Of a DNA stretch of 64,000 nt, positions 25,601 through 35,875 are shown piece by piece. Each line of letters starts with the position of its first letter. Position 1 is the stretch's first letter. Origin of the DNA: a virus. A model generated the notes under the pieces. The model was not told where the DNA came from. It made no database searches and saw nothing but the letters and a program-made list of their open reading frames with translations. Location of the stretch: IMG/VR virus record IMGVR_UViG_3300036886_000043, positions 33,231-97,230 of that record. The stretch is one strand, 5' to 3'. Made by a program: the position numbers and the translations under genes.

Positions 25601-28600
25601 AAGGCCACAAATCCAGAGATTGCCCATGACGACACTCCAGAGAAGGCAGTAGCCAAGGCAGAAGAACTCGCAAGGAAGGCCGAAGACGCGAAGAAGGTAG
25701 CGAAGGAAGCTGTAGCTCAATCCGCGGAAGCAAAGGCTAAAACTGGACCGAAGGGGAACTTCCCGCAGCGTTATGTCCCAAATTATCCTCTTGGGAAACC
25801 GACGACTATAGATCAAAATGGCCGTCAGTTAAAAGCGCACTATCGTCTTGTTCCAGTGGGGGCGGTAATCATTTCGCATACTTGGAAGGGTGACACATTG
25901 GTGCGGACGCCGGAGAATGAATATCCGAAGGTCTTGCAGCCAAGGGAGCCAAACGAAAGAACGATTCTCCAAAGACGCATCGACGCGCAGCGGTTTTCTC
26001 GATCTGAAGATGGAAGAATTTCTGGTTACAACTTCGACAAGTACGCAAACAAGACGATTGATGCTATGTCGGGGCCGACAGTAGTTGAGCATGGTCTCCG
26101 GTCGGTAGCTGGTACGGGTAGATTCCAGCGGTTCCTGATGCACATTCAAGTTCTCAAAGAGATACCAGACGTTGAAGAGAGGGAGGGCGCCCTTGCCGTC
26201 CTGAAGGAAAGGTTAGTTAAACTCGCCGAAGATTCAGGATTTAGGGTTTATCCAGAGGACGGACAATTTCACATTGTTGTTAGAGAATTAGACGATCCAA
26301 TTCAGACAATGGAAGAGGCAACCAAACTCGGACTTCTCTTTAACGAATCAGAAGCCGACAACATCAGCGACTCACAGAAAGGATTGGTCTACAGCCGCAG
26401 TTTCGATCAGGATGTAATCAACAAAATCGGTCGCATGGTGGAAGGCTCTGAAGGCGGAATGAACGCGGCCATGCGTGACAATCCTCTCTTCTTCGCGGAG
26501 GTTGTCGCGTCGAGATTCGATATTCCGGTATCGCAGGCGTCCGCATGGTTCGTGAAAGATAAGATGGGCAACGACGTTCTTACTGAAGAGGGAGAACGTC
26601 TGTTCCGCAGAGCCATGAACGGGTACGTCATACAAGACCCGGACTTACTGGCCGGCGTGGAGAATGAGGTTGCTTACAGGGCTTTTGAGAATGCCATCGG
26701 GTACATCTCGCGGCTGAAGGCGTTCCCCGAGTTGGACCTTACCGGAAAGATCAAGGAGTCTCTCGAAGCGGCGCGGTTGACAGGGAGCGTCAATCGGGAT
26801 TTGGCGGCAAGCGGCGATCCTTGGGATGCGGTCTATCAGCCGAGCCAGATTGACTTGGCTGGAATGGAAGAAGAACCGCCGCCGGAACCGGATCGAATGA
26901 CGGAGACTTTATGGAGATCACTCAATGCCTCTAAGGTGGCGGCTCCCCGCGTATTCAGCGACCGGATGAAGCGGTGGATTTCAGATGAAGATACTCAGGC
27001 CGGTATGTTTGATTCAACAGAGAAGGCGCTGGAGAAACCAGTTGACAAGTTCAACAGGGTATTCGCTCCAGAGTTGAAGCAAGTCGCTCTACGGCGCAAT
27101 AAGGGGACGCCCAGAGAGGGAACACCGGACGGATGGATGCTTTCTCAGACCGAGTACGATGCGGCTATGCAGGGCCGTGAAGTGAGCGACGAAGAGAGGG
27201 TAGAGGAGAAGCCGGAAGCGACTCCAAAATTCGAGCACATGGATCTCGTGACGGTAGTTCGTGGGCCTGGAGATTTGACCACGAACGTACCGGGATGGGT
27301 CTCCGATGTCCTTCCAGACGGAAGATTGAAAGTTGTCCCCGACAGTAAACTTCACGGCGGAATGATGACCGTTCCGGCTGAGTGGGTCGTTAAGAGGGAA
27401 GAGACTCCAAAATTTGGACCTCCGCCCAAGGCCGCATCCACCGTTGAAGTTGGGAAGCGTGTTACGTTCACCCCGACAAACTTTAATCACAATGAAATAG
27501 TCGGCGTAGTGCGAGATACCATTACCAGTACGTCTGGAGCCAAAGGCTATCAAATTGTCGATGATGCAGGCATCGAGCATAGGGTGTGGGAGAAAGATGG
27601 GACAATCGGCGCAGAGACGAAGGCGGTAGATCAAAAAGCGATCAACGGTCTCAATGACGAAGAAAGAAGTTTGCGGAAGCGGCAGGCGGTTTTGGAGGCC
27701 CAAGTCAAGAAGCCTTCTGGAATGATTCCTCCAGCTATTACGTCCGAACTAAACGTCAAGCGTAGCGCCGAGTTACATGATATTCAGAAGCGCCTCGATG
27801 CGATTATCGATGAACGGCGAAAGTTAATGAAGGGCGGCATCAAACCCCCGCCCGAGGCCGCATCTCCAGCGGTTGTCGCAGACCGCAAGATAGCAGCAGA
27901 GAAGACAGAGCAGGGGTACATCACCCCTCACACCTTTAAGGAAATGTTGAATGCTTTCCCGGTAACCAAGGAGAATGCTGGAACTATATACGACACTGCT
28001 AAGGCTTTGGCGGCAGCGAGATGGGAGCGCCGCAAACCGGAGGGAGTGGAGCATAAAGACGCCCTAGCATGGGTATTGAAAGAAATTGGCTTCAAGGGTA
28101 TCGAAAAGGGAGACGACCCTCGTCATCGCGGGGAATATGACTTTGCGACCGGGGTTATGCGGCTAAACAAAGCCGCAGACAAAACGACGGCTATTCACGA
28201 GTTCATCCATGCAATTTCTCCCCTTCTCGACGAAGAGGAGTGGGAACAAATCGATACAATCAAGGTCAATAAGGCTGCTTACAAGAGGGAATACGGAAAA
28301 GATTGGGCCTACACAGGTCAAAACGAAAGGATGGAAAAACTGGCTTATGGAAGCGAGAAATTCTTTCGTGACGAAAATGCGGTGGACTTTCAGCCAGGAT
28401 TTGAACTGCGGAAAGTCCTCAAAGACATCAAAGAAATGTTCATCTCCGTCTATCGTAAACTGCAAAGTGATCCTCTATCTCCGTTCAAACTCAGCGACGA
28501 CTTCAGGCAGTGGATGGCAGACAACCTCGGAATTACCGGCTTCGATGTCGCGGACGATTGGCGTGAGGAAGTTAAGAAGGCCAGAGCAGCAGAGAAAAAG

Positions 28601-31600
28601 ATTGTTAGGCCGGAAGAGCAGCCGCATCCCGTGGTCACATTGGCAAGAGAGCTTGGAGGAACGGGACTAAGGGAATCAATCGATGGAAAAGTTGTCGATG
28701 AGGTTGGGGACCGCGTAGACCCGAAGAAGCCGGTTGTGGTAATCATGTTCCCATCCGAAGAGGAGGCGACTTCGGCAGTGAGCCGAATTGCCGATGGCAA
28801 GGACAAGATTAACGGCGCCGAACTGATTCATGGGAAAGACGGAACCTGGGCGATGAAGATCAGCGCTGCGACGAAGATTCCGCGGGGAAGTTTGTTCCAA
28901 GAGTTGCCAAAAAGTGAAATTATGCTGGCAAACAGACGGCCAAATGTCGTTGTTCGCCAACTGAAAGACATCGATGGCAATGTACTTGGACAAATTGTTG
29001 AACCCTATGATGGGACAGAGGAAGGAGCAATTAAAGCTGCTCGTATAACATACGACAAAATGATTAGACTGCCACGTTACGGTATGTCGGGGATGAGTAG
29101 AGTTGCGGCTACAGATGCAGAAGGAACCCCGAAATGGATGATTTCTCCCTATAGCAGTTCCGCCTACAAAGAAAGCATAGCGGAAATTGGCACAGATGAA
29201 GCTCGTGAGATGTTCGATTTTCCAGAGAAGGTAGGATCGAGAACAAGACGTGTTGATACACGCGCTTTACTGGCTAAGTGGGACGAAGAAGCAAAACAGG
29301 CAATAGAAGCGAAGAAAAAAGATTTTCTCGAAAAGACGGCGCAGCGTTCACCGATTGCTCCGCCTTCTGCTCATCCATCTGCGGATGTTATGACGATTGC
29401 CGAGCGTCATCCCGGCCTTCAACTCGAAGACCTTGAGAAGCGGCTGCGCGAAACACCATCGTACAAAACATTTGAGCGCCGGTTGGTTCAAGGCCAGATT
29501 GACAGACTCAAGGCGAGAATCAGGAACGAAGCAGGGCTCAATGAACCGGAGCCGCAGCGTGATCCTGAATTGCCAAAACAAGTATTGCAAGAGGTGAAAA
29601 ATGCCCAAGCATCCGACAGAGGAAGAACAGCGAATGATGACGCTCCTGGGATTTCAAAGCCTCCGCGAGTTGGAGGAATTCCTAAACCTCCCCAGTTGGG
29701 GGTGTCAGGATATGCAGGAGCCAAGCGTGGAGGGCCAACTCCAAGAAGCAGCGTACCAAGAGCGCCAGTAAACCTTGAGAACGTCAAGCCGGTGACTCTG
29801 GAGCCGCTGGCAGGCGTCCGCGGTGAGCCGGTAGGAATGACCACTGGCGAGAAGTTCGACCAGAAGGCGTGGGTTGAGAGAAAGAAAAAAGGTGGTATAG
29901 CTGAGGGCACGCCGTATCCTACGTGGGCACTTGAGCATAAGACTGCATCGCAATTGATGAGCGGACAGCCAGTAGTTGTCCAGACCGTGATGAGTGCGTT
30001 GGAACAAGGAGATGGTGTTGTCGTCGTGACGCCTCCTGGCACGGGGAAATCGAAATATGTTGGTCCGGCTATCATCAAGGAATACTTGCGTAAGAAACCA
30101 GACGCGAACATCCTAAATGTGTCGATGAATAAGCGTCTGCTTAAAGAAGCAAAGAAGAGTGCTGCAAACAATTTCGGACTTGACTATGATCTTGATCCCC
30201 CAAGTGGTGAGCCGGGAATCTATTGTGTGAGTTTTATGGGGATGCTAAACAACGAGATTTACAAGAATACGAAGTGGGATTTGGTGTTAGTAGACGAGAG
30301 CGGTGGGGCTCGAAGGGCGCATGACGAAAATACGCAGTGGGGTCCAATGTTGATGGATGTGGTTGCTAACTCAGAGAAGGCTGTCTACATGAGCGCCACT
30401 CCCTTCCACTCCCCAAATGAATACTTTTATATCTACGATAAGCTGAATCTCGGGCCGAAGGGACAGTTCGACAAGTGGATTCAGGAGAACTTCGCTCACG
30501 AGAAGATTGGAGACAAGATCGTTGCGCGTCTCGACCCCGGCAAACAGGCGAAGTTGAGAGAGCAGTTAATCGCGGATGGCCGGTTTGTTTCTCAGGCAAT
30601 CTCGTATGACGGCTATAACGCGCATTTTGGAGTAGTGCCGGTCACTGACCACATGAAGCGCGGCCTCGACCGCATCAGAGAAGGGTTTGACAGGGCCAGG
30701 GATCAGTTTGTGCGGATGGGCAAGCAGGGGCTCGCAAGGAAAGCCGCAGCGTTTGAGGCGGTTTACACGAAGAACTTCCTTGAGCGCGAGAGACTGCCGC
30801 AAGCGATCGAACTCGCAAAACAGGCAAGAGAGCAGGGCTGGAGAGTCCTCTTCTTCTCTGAGCACACGGCAGATGATTTGTTCCGCAGAGAGAGAACCGA
30901 AGGGGAAGAACCGGGCACCTACCAGCAACTTGACGATGCGATGGGAGGACAACTCTCGAAGATCATTCCTGCGTACCCGAGCATCTACAACGAACTCTAT
31001 GCGGAGTTTGGCGATAAGGTTGGAGACTACAGCGGCCGTGGAAATACCGATGCGGCTCGTGAAAAGACTCGCACTGATTTCCTCAAGGGCGAAGTTCCTA
31101 TGATGTATACCTCGTATGCCGGCGGCGGCATTGGGGTTGATATGCACGATGCGGACTACCCCGAGTTGAACGTCAAGGGCGGAAGCAAGCCGATAGTCGC
31201 AATCTACCTTGGACCGCCGTACTCGGGCGTGTTGCTTGAGCAGGCGATGGGCAGGCCGTGGCGGTTTGGCGTCAAGAGCGACGTTCACGCTGTCTTCCTT
31301 GCAACGGACTCGGAGCCGGATATTCGCTTGATGCAGACGAAGGTTGGACCCCGCATGAAGGCGCTGAGGGCCGCAGTTTTGGGAGAGAGAGACTCTCTTG
31401 GAAATGTGATGTCCACATACACCGACGAAGAGAAAGTGAGGGAGCGTCAAGACCAGTTGGCTTATGCCGAAGGCAACGAAGTGAAGGTGAACGCGACTCA
31501 GTTCCAAGTCCGCAGCAAACAGAGGAACGTGGGCATTCAAGATTGGTCTGCAATCACTTTCCCATCGGCTGAAGAAGCAAAGAATAAAGGCATGAAATAT

Positions 31601-34117
31601 GGGGAGGCAGTAACAGGTGGGGATTGGAGCAGTCTCTACCAGTCGAAGTTTGAACTGCGGCCTCCAGACTCAACCGAATCCATAAGGGGCAAGGAAGAGA
31701 TCGACGCCATCGGGATTGGGGCGACATTCAATCCGCCGCCGTCACTCCAAAATTTGGAACCGGCAGACCGCAATGCGGTAGTGGGCGGAGCATCGGCAAT
31801 GGCGGCTGATGGGGTAGAACTGCCTGTGGACCGCGATAAAGAGGCTGTCGCAAGGCAGACGATGCAGTGGGCGCTTCACATCCCGAAGGGAATGGAACTT
31901 ACCTACGAGCGCCAAAGGACAAGATTCGGACTCAAGAAGGCAAAGGCGGTTTGGAAGTTCCCTGAAGGAAAAGAACCGTATAACCGGCCCATCGGTCCAT
32001 TTGGCGAAGGAGAAATGGAGGACAAGACAACCCGTTATATCGGATGGGGAAGCATGAAGGGCGGCATTGAATCAATGACCCGCCAGGCCGGTGTTCCTGA
32101 AATCGGCTTGCAGTTGACGGACATGATCGGCTCCGCGCAGCGAGACCAGGACGTGTTCAAGAGCATGTATCGCTACCATGCAGTTCATGCTTTTGAGGAC
32201 AACGGCTTGAAGAGGGATGGGAACACTGTTGCCGAAGTCCGTGATGTCGTAGAAGGAAAGACAAGTTCCGCAAATCCGGCAATCACCAAAGCCGCGGCCG
32301 AGATGCGCGATCTCAACGAATGGGCCGCGAGTGAAGTGCAAAAGGCAGGAGTCAAGAGGCATTTGTCTGGAGGAAATTGGGAGCCGTGGGTTCCGCGTGC
32401 AAATTATTTTACGCACCAGATCGACTGGGATGCCGATGTGGAGTATCAAGATCCACACACAGGGAATACGGAACGTCATCCACTCAAGGATGTGATGAAG
32501 CGGACCTTCCCTGAAGAGAAACATCGTGACATCATGGCGCGGTTGGCGTCAAGGGCGAGGAATTCGGATGGAACCGCTGTCAGCCCAGAGGCGATGGACA
32601 ATTGGCTGCGCCAGCACTATCGGCGCGGTACACCAGTTCAGCCGAACATCCAAGAGCAAAGGACAATCGAGTTCCCGGTTCTAAAAAACGATTGGGGCGT
32701 GATCGACAGCTACGGCGACCAGCTAGGAAAGGCTATTGGGATAGCGCGTAACTTTGGCTCAGAGAGAGAGAAGATCAACGAACTGGTAGCTAAGATCCCG
32801 AGCGCAGGCGCCCGTAGGGACATCACCACAATCTTTGACTCCATACTCTCTCCGCAGCAATTGAGCGGAAACTGGAGAAAGTTCACCAACGCATTCACGG
32901 CATTTACGGCTCTCACGAAGATGCCGCTTTCATTTGCCAAAGTTCCCTTTCACTCGCTGCACATGATCTACGCATTGCATGGCGACGTGCGACCGATGGT
33001 GAAGGCCGCAGCGAAGATGATGGTCGATTTCAAGAACGTGCATGACGAGAACGTGTACATGGGAACGCTTGCGCGACAGACGGACTTCACTGGCGCCATT
33101 GAAGGCTGGCAGAGTAAAGGAGCGCAACATTGGATGTTCGACGTGACTGGCTTCAACGCCATGTACAACGTGAGCCGCATCTTTGCTTCGGAGGCCGCAA
33201 GAATCCACATGGAGCAGTACGCTATGAACGATCTCTTGAAGGGAGGAAAGAGGGCAGAGGAAGCGAGACGGATACTCAATCATACGATGCTGATTGGTGA
33301 TGGAGACATCGACCAAGCAATTGCGAACAGGCGTTTCAGCGCAGAGGACATCAGGAGAGCTCAAGTCGCATTTGCCAACGAGGTGATGTTCACGGACAAT
33401 CCTACAGAAATGCCGAAGTGGGCTCGTGAGCCGATTACTAGGGAAACGGCAGGATCGGCGGCGAACGTCTTTAAGGCAATGCGGCTGGCGTATTCGATGG
33501 CTTCGTTCACGGTCAAGACGAGAATGTTCCTGCGGAAGCATATTTGGGATGAGACGTTCCGCTACCACAATCCGAAGATGCTTGCTCTGTTTGCGGTGAT
33601 GGAGCCGATAATCGGAGCCGGAGTAACGACCGTGGGATCTACGCTGAAGTCTGGCATCCAACGTTCAATCGGAGGGATTACAGGCCAGCCGAAGAAAGAA
33701 GATGCTCTCGACCGCGAGAAATTGTTATTTGAGAACGCATGGAAGGGCGGATGGGGCAAGAAGGGGCTGGCGGAAAAGGCGGAACTGTACATCGACTTGT
33801 TGACCTGGGGAACGGCTCAGGAGCAAGTCCGTTTGTGGGGGGATATGCTTCTGAACGTAGCGGCCAGCCCGAAGAAAGCCATAGCGGAAGCGCGGTACTT
33901 TGGTCCCGACTTGCTGGAAGGGGCGGTTGGTCCTATCTGGAACAGCACGGTCATCAGGCCGCTTGGATGGGCCACAGACGAAGTGGCAATCTGGGCTCGT
34001 GGCGGGCCGAAGGAAAACAAACGTGCATGGGCACGCCTGTGGAAAGAGATTTTCGGAGAGTCGTCAATCTCCTCAAACATCCCGCAAGTGAAGAAGTTGG
34101 AAGCACCACCGAAGTAA
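22685..34117 (+). CDS. 3810-aa polyvalent virion protein (ParB-like, HExxH and SF2 strawberry-notch-like helicase domains)
   Basis: YRLVPVGAVIISH...LQPRE...GTGR (ddrB-like ParB); AIHEFIH; PPGTGKS, LVDESG, MSATP, EQAMGRPWR. Confidence 0.8.
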   Translation: MADQQTWNPVPELKQKYPGLKDWSDEKIYNNLSDPNKFRSAFPQYANLGDDVIKRNIDHLKPSIQPQAAPANVQAPVMPSKAPEQRPPDELRAWTPTPLQEASIWFRNTQTGKTLANSFNDIRQMASSAWTKAQEPFGGDPEDVENLRKKQNQFIDDYFPESIAGSKKVASAVRGGAKGALQFGEELTSPVQIGLMVGTFGESALARTAASMGLPKLVPAARVMGKLIQAQFISQMVEGGYTSIRDSVKTYISGDWDTATQQAVVGLGSLLMARAGISHAEATEKIHADLDKTAVEKHGQKFNKLSPENQGLVIEETVNRSPEYKAMMETVDAKNAEVADSIQKKRQMQVARYSGIAWDQAWNPDAAHRAVDALHAERAETARKEQVQKVVGTIRARVKQRTDEIKAENEERLAAAREGREEKRKAAAEDRESVQQTAEEIIKGRDETFAGRQAIGEIPTEEEMSRPVEAAVDNSGHVSYPVQYWGEENRFGVGTDGERHSVYRQTPRGVEWLDRSGNFTETPEALYFNTDDKTSDTVARLSSLKLESDGVAAQPEATAEQVKDAETLGEIRRQLIEGEINAAEAQKRAGIAEKTTLPDVYAAAREGRLSGPFSEKSATDYEHEVVLELLNNGASEEEVQATLESLPALARVDIERNLHHVYQPGDYIISKRDVKWTLDAKGLLHPSDGGISVPLMKRGTYSNQAMQLAASGRVGYGTKTRLERRADFSRNRDIKRQIAVRQEEFDREMRVAQQNAGLEAIPQEGDVHYEGEREERRKQFLGRPPVPEETHKARVERRAAYKASNDPNNIINQLAKQFGVTPDEVMRIGLSERTPTIEAKVASLEVGDRVSDPFRPDRPWIVEEKNGQTYLRSGQANPIPFDRLNPSPRVFQILEKGDITHDRDWTAEEKEKVAFEKPYLVHQRFLVDGVRDRMEGKVVDPEPKTQVQAETQAAAAESRKAAAHSVAVEAAEKATNPEIAHDDTPEKAVAKAEELARKAEDAKKVAKEAVAQSAEAKAKTGPKGNFPQRYVPNYPLGKPTTIDQNGRQLKAHYRLVPVGAVIISHTWKGDTLVRTPENEYPKVLQPREPNERTILQRRIDAQRFSRSEDGRISGYNFDKYANKTIDAMSGPTVVEHGLRSVAGTGRFQRFLMHIQVLKEIPDVEEREGALAVLKERLVKLAEDSGFRVYPEDGQFHIVVRELDDPIQTMEEATKLGLLFNESEADNISDSQKGLVYSRSFDQDVINKIGRMVEGSEGGMNAAMRDNPLFFAEVVASRFDIPVSQASAWFVKDKMGNDVLTEEGERLFRRAMNGYVIQDPDLLAGVENEVAYRAFENAIGYISRLKAFPELDLTGKIKESLEAARLTGSVNRDLAASGDPWDAVYQPSQIDLAGMEEEPPPEPDRMTETLWRSLNASKVAAPRVFSDRMKRWISDEDTQAGMFDSTEKALEKPVDKFNRVFAPELKQVALRRNKGTPREGTPDGWMLSQTEYDAAMQGREVSDEERVEEKPEATPKFEHMDLVTVVRGPGDLTTNVPGWVSDVLPDGRLKVVPDSKLHGGMMTVPAEWVVKREETPKFGPPPKAASTVEVGKRVTFTPTNFNHNEIVGVVRDTITSTSGAKGYQIVDDAGIEHRVWEKDGTIGAETKAVDQKAINGLNDEERSLRKRQAVLEAQVKKPSGMIPPAITSELNVKRSAELHDIQKRLDAIIDERRKLMKGGIKPPPEAASPAVVADRKIAAEKTEQGYITPHTFKEMLNAFPVTKENAGTIYDTAKALAAARWERRKPEGVEHKDALAWVLKEIGFKGIEKGDDPRHRGEYDFATGVMRLNKAADKTTAIHEFIHAISPLLDEEEWEQIDTIKVNKAAYKREYGKDWAYTGQNERMEKLAYGSEKFFRDENAVDFQPGFELRKVLKDIKEMFISVYRKLQSDPLSPFKLSDDFRQWMADNLGITGFDVADDWREEVKKARAAEKKIVRPEEQPHPVVTLARELGGTGLRESIDGKVVDEVGDRVDPKKPVVVIMFPSEEEATSAVSRIADGKDKINGAELIHGKDGTWAMKISAATKIPRGSLFQELPKSEIMLANRRPNVVVRQLKDIDGNVLGQIVEPYDGTEEGAIKAARITYDKMIRLPRYGMSGMSRVAATDAEGTPKWMISPYSSSAYKESIAEIGTDEAREMFDFPEKVGSRTRRVDTRALLAKWDEEAKQAIEAKKKDFLEKTAQRSPIAPPSAHPSADVMTIAERHPGLQLEDLEKRLRETPSYKTFERRLVQGQIDRLKARIRNEAGLNEPEPQRDPELPKQVLQEVKNAQASDRGRTANDDAPGISKPPRVGGIPKPPQLGVSGYAGAKRGGPTPRSSVPRAPVNLENVKPVTLEPLAGVRGEPVGMTTGEKFDQKAWVERKKKGGIAEGTPYPTWALEHKTASQLMSGQPVVVQTVMSALEQGDGVVVVTPPGTGKSKYVGPAIIKEYLRKKPDANILNVSMNKRLLKEAKKSAANNFGLDYDLDPPSGEPGIYCVSFMGMLNNEIYKNTKWDLVLVDESGGARRAHDENTQWGPMLMDVVANSEKAVYMSATPFHSPNEYFYIYDKLNLGPKGQFDKWIQENFAHEKIGDKIVARLDPGKQAKLREQLIADGRFVSQAISYDGYNAHFGVVPVTDHMKRGLDRIREGFDRARDQFVRMGKQGLARKAAAFEAVYTKNFLERERLPQAIELAKQAREQGWRVLFFSEHTADDLFRRERTEGEEPGTYQQLDDAMGGQLSKIIPAYPSIYNELYAEFGDKVGDYSGRGNTDAAREKTRTDFLKGEVPMMYTSYAGGGIGVDMHDADYPELNVKGGSKPIVAIYLGPPYSGVLLEQAMGRPWRFGVKSDVHAVFLATDSEPDIRLMQTKVGPRMKALRAAVLGERDSLGNVMSTYTDEEKVRERQDQLAYAEGNEVKVNATQFQVRSKQRNVGIQDWSAITFPSAEEAKNKGMKYGEAVTGGDWSSLYQSKFELRPPDSTESIRGKEEIDAIGIGATFNPPPSLQNLEPADRNAVVGGASAMAADGVELPVDRDKEAVARQTMQWALHIPKGMELTYERQRTRFGLKKAKAVWKFPEGKEPYNRPIGPFGEGEMEDKTTRYIGWGSMKGGIESMTRQAGVPEIGLQLTDMIGSAQRDQDVFKSMYRYHAVHAFEDNGLKRDGNTVAEVRDVVEGKTSSANPAITKAAAEMRDLNEWAASEVQKAGVKRHLSGGNWEPWVPRANYFTHQIDWDADVEYQDPHTGNTERHPLKDVMKRTFPEEKHRDIMARLASRARNSDGTAVSPEAMDNWLRQHYRRGTPVQPNIQEQRTIEFPVLKNDWGVIDSYGDQLGKAIGIARNFGSEREKINELVAKIPSAGARRDITTIFDSILSPQQLSGNWRKFTNAFTAFTALTKMPLSFAKVPFHSLHMIYALHGDVRPMVKAAAKMMVDFKNVHDENVYMGTLARQTDFTGAIEGWQSKGAQHWMFDVTGFNAMYNVSRIFASEAARIHMEQYAMNDLLKGGKRAEEARRILNHTMLIGDGDIDQAIANRRFSAEDIRRAQVAFANEVMFTDNPTEMPKWAREPITRETAGSAANVFKAMRLAYSMASFTVKTRMFLRKHIWDETFRYHNPKMLALFAVMEPIIGAGVTTVGSTLKSGIQRSIGGITGQPKKEDALDREKLLFENAWKGGWGKKGLAEKAELYIDLLTWGTAQEQVRLWGDMLLNVAASPKKAIAEARYFGPDLLEGAVGPIWNSTVIRPLGWATDEVAIWARGGPKENKRAWARLWKEIFGESSISSNIPQVKKLEAPPK

Positions 34118-34151
34118 AATGATTTATACTGCTAACAAGGAGGAAAAGACG

Positions 34152-34385
34152 ATGAAAGCATTGCTTACGAAAAAGATCGCAACCGAAAAAGCCATGGGCG
34201 GTATTAAATCCGCAGTGGAATCATTTGTAAATTGGGAGCTTGAATTTAATACAAGGAATGTCTTAAATGGAACTCCTGAGTTCGTGCTTGACGTTGACGA
34301 GGATACATTCAATCGGGTGAAGGTTGGACAACACTACCAGATCAACATTGAACCAATCGGTTCTGAGGCATTTCCCACCGTTTGA
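34152..34385 (+). CDS. hypothetical protein
   Basis: AAGGAGG RBS; AT-rich. Confidence 0.6.
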   Translation: MKALLTKKIATEKAMGGIKSAVESFVNWELEFNTRNVLNGTPEFVLDVDEDTFNRVKVGQHYQINIEPIGSEAFPTV

Positions 34386-34428
34386 GGATGCGTTTGGCAT
34401 CAAGCCGCCACCGAAATGAGAAGGAGAT

Positions 34429-34692
34429 GTGATGGGGAAAGAAATGGTATGCGAGGGATGCGGGGAACCGCTAGGTCTATTCCTTAATGGGAGATGTCAC
34501 CCCGACGCGCTTGTAGAAATCTTCATGGTGGGGTCAATGAAGGTTCCAGGGAAGTTGATAGCGCGTTGCGGCGAGTGCAAAAAGGAGTTTGCGGAGTTTG
34601 CTGTGTCTGAGATCGTAGACCTTGAAAAGCATCCGAAGATCAGTAGAAAACTTCCAAGGTGCTCACATCACGCTGAGCCGCCACCGAAGTAG
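34429..34692 (+). CDS. small zinc-binding protein
   Basis: CEGC...CHP...CGEC; AAGGAG RBS. Confidence 0.6.
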   Translation: MMGKEMVCEGCGEPLGLFLNGRCHPDALVEIFMVGSMKVPGKLIARCGECKKEFAEFAVSEIVDLEKHPKISRKLPRCSHHAEPPPK

Positions 34693-34705
34693 GAGGTAAA
34701 CCGCA

Positions 34706-34897
34706 ATGCCAATGAAGAGGGGAACGAGTAAGCGAACCACGGAAGAGAACTTCCACGAGTTCCGTCACGGCAAGACGTTCAAACGCACCGCAGCAAAGTC
34801 CGGCAAAGAGAAAGCACACAAGCAGATGATCGCGGCGGTTTTGACGAATAAACGGAAGGCGAAGCGCAAAGCGAAGACCCGCAAAACCTCAAGGTGA
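34706..34897 (+). CDS. small basic phage protein
   Basis: MPMKRGTS...NFHEFRHGK...KQMIAAVL; AGGAGGT RBS. Confidence 0.7.
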   Translation: MPMKRGTSKRTTEENFHEFRHGKTFKRTAAKSGKEKAHKQMIAAVLTNKRKAKRKAKTRKTSR

Positions 34898-34911
34898 TGT
34901 AAACTGCGTAC

Positions 34912-35289
34912 ATGGCCTTTAAGGACATCCCGCCTTATAAGATTCCATGCCCGACGTGTGGGGCGCAGATAGGGAAACCGTGTTTCTTCAATGAGCTACC
35001 GGGGGAGCATAAATACAAAATTGCTCATCATGAACGATGGAATGCTGCGCCGAAAGCGTGTAGGGTTCCGCAGAGTCGTTCGCTAGATCCTCCGAAGATC
35101 AAAAAAATTAAGAAGGAGCGGCTACTAGGAATTCCGAGAGGCAACAAATCCGTATCGGGTGCGTGTTCAAGGGAAAAGCATACGATATGTTTTAGCAGTC
35201 AGTGCAAGTGCTGGTGTCATCCGGGGAACGTAAAGCCTCTACAACCTGTTTCGCCAACTCCATCTTGTCCAGAAAATCTGCAAGCATGA
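34912..35289 (+). CDS. zinc-finger protein
   Basis: IPCPTCGAQIGKPC...HHER. Confidence 0.55.
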   Translation: MAFKDIPPYKIPCPTCGAQIGKPCFFNELPGEHKYKIAHHERWNAAPKACRVPQSRSLDPPKIKKIKKERLLGIPRGNKSVSGACSREKHTICFSSQCKCWCHPGNVKPLQPVSPTPSCPENLQA

Positions 35290-35875
35290 CTTCTCTCTGG
35301 GGGGATGGCTGGCGCATCATCCACTGAATCTTCTTTTGGAGTTCGGCGTCTTCCTTGAAAGCCGCATCTGTGGGGACGATGGCTTCCTCTGTGGCCTGAA
35401 ACCTTCTGTAGAACAAAATTACGTCACTGAGAAGAATTGGGGCTAGTTGTTTCGAGTATCGGCCTCGGCCATTCCTCTTGAAAATCATATCTCTAACCGC
35501 AGAGACGGAAAAGAGCAATGCGCGTTTTTTAGAATTCTCAAACCTAAAGCATGGAATCTTTTTTTCTGCCAAGTATACTTTGGCGTACCGTGGGCTCCAC
35601 CCCATGATCTCTGCGACTTCTCGGCTGGTGAGCAGGAAGGTTGTGGGGAGGTCAATTTTGAAAGTTACGGCAGCGTTTCGAGAGAGCAGGACGGCGGCAA
35701 GCCGCAGTCTTTCTGCGTACTCAGGGGTGGGATCTAGGTAGCGATAGTCGGGTGGATTCTTCCCGATCCGCACGAGGTACTTCTGCTTGTAGAGAGACTT
35801 CACTTGGGACGGGGTGAGGTTGAGGACCGTGCAGATTCCAGAGAGGGAGAGCCAGCGTTGGGGGAGATCAGGCAT
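35192..35875 (-). CDS. excisionase/MerR-like HTH protein
   Basis: LLTSREVAEIMGWSPRYAKVYL. Confidence 0.6.
   Translation of the reverse strand: MPDLPQRWLSLSGICTVLNLTPSQVKSLYKQKYLVRIGKNPPDYRYLDPTPEYAERLRLAAVLLSRNAAVTFKIDLPTTFLLTSREVAEIMGWSPRYAKVYLAEKKIPCFRFENSKKRALLFSVSAVRDMIFKRNGRGRYSKQLAPILLSDVILFYRRFQATEEAIVPTDAAFKEDAELQKKIQWMMRQPSPQREVMLADFLDKMELAKQVVEALRSPDDTSTCTDC

Noticed and set aside
29488-33661. Long minus-strand ORFs (227, 324 and 243 aa)
   Set aside because: They are antisense shadows of the 3810-aa gene with no recognisable motifs.
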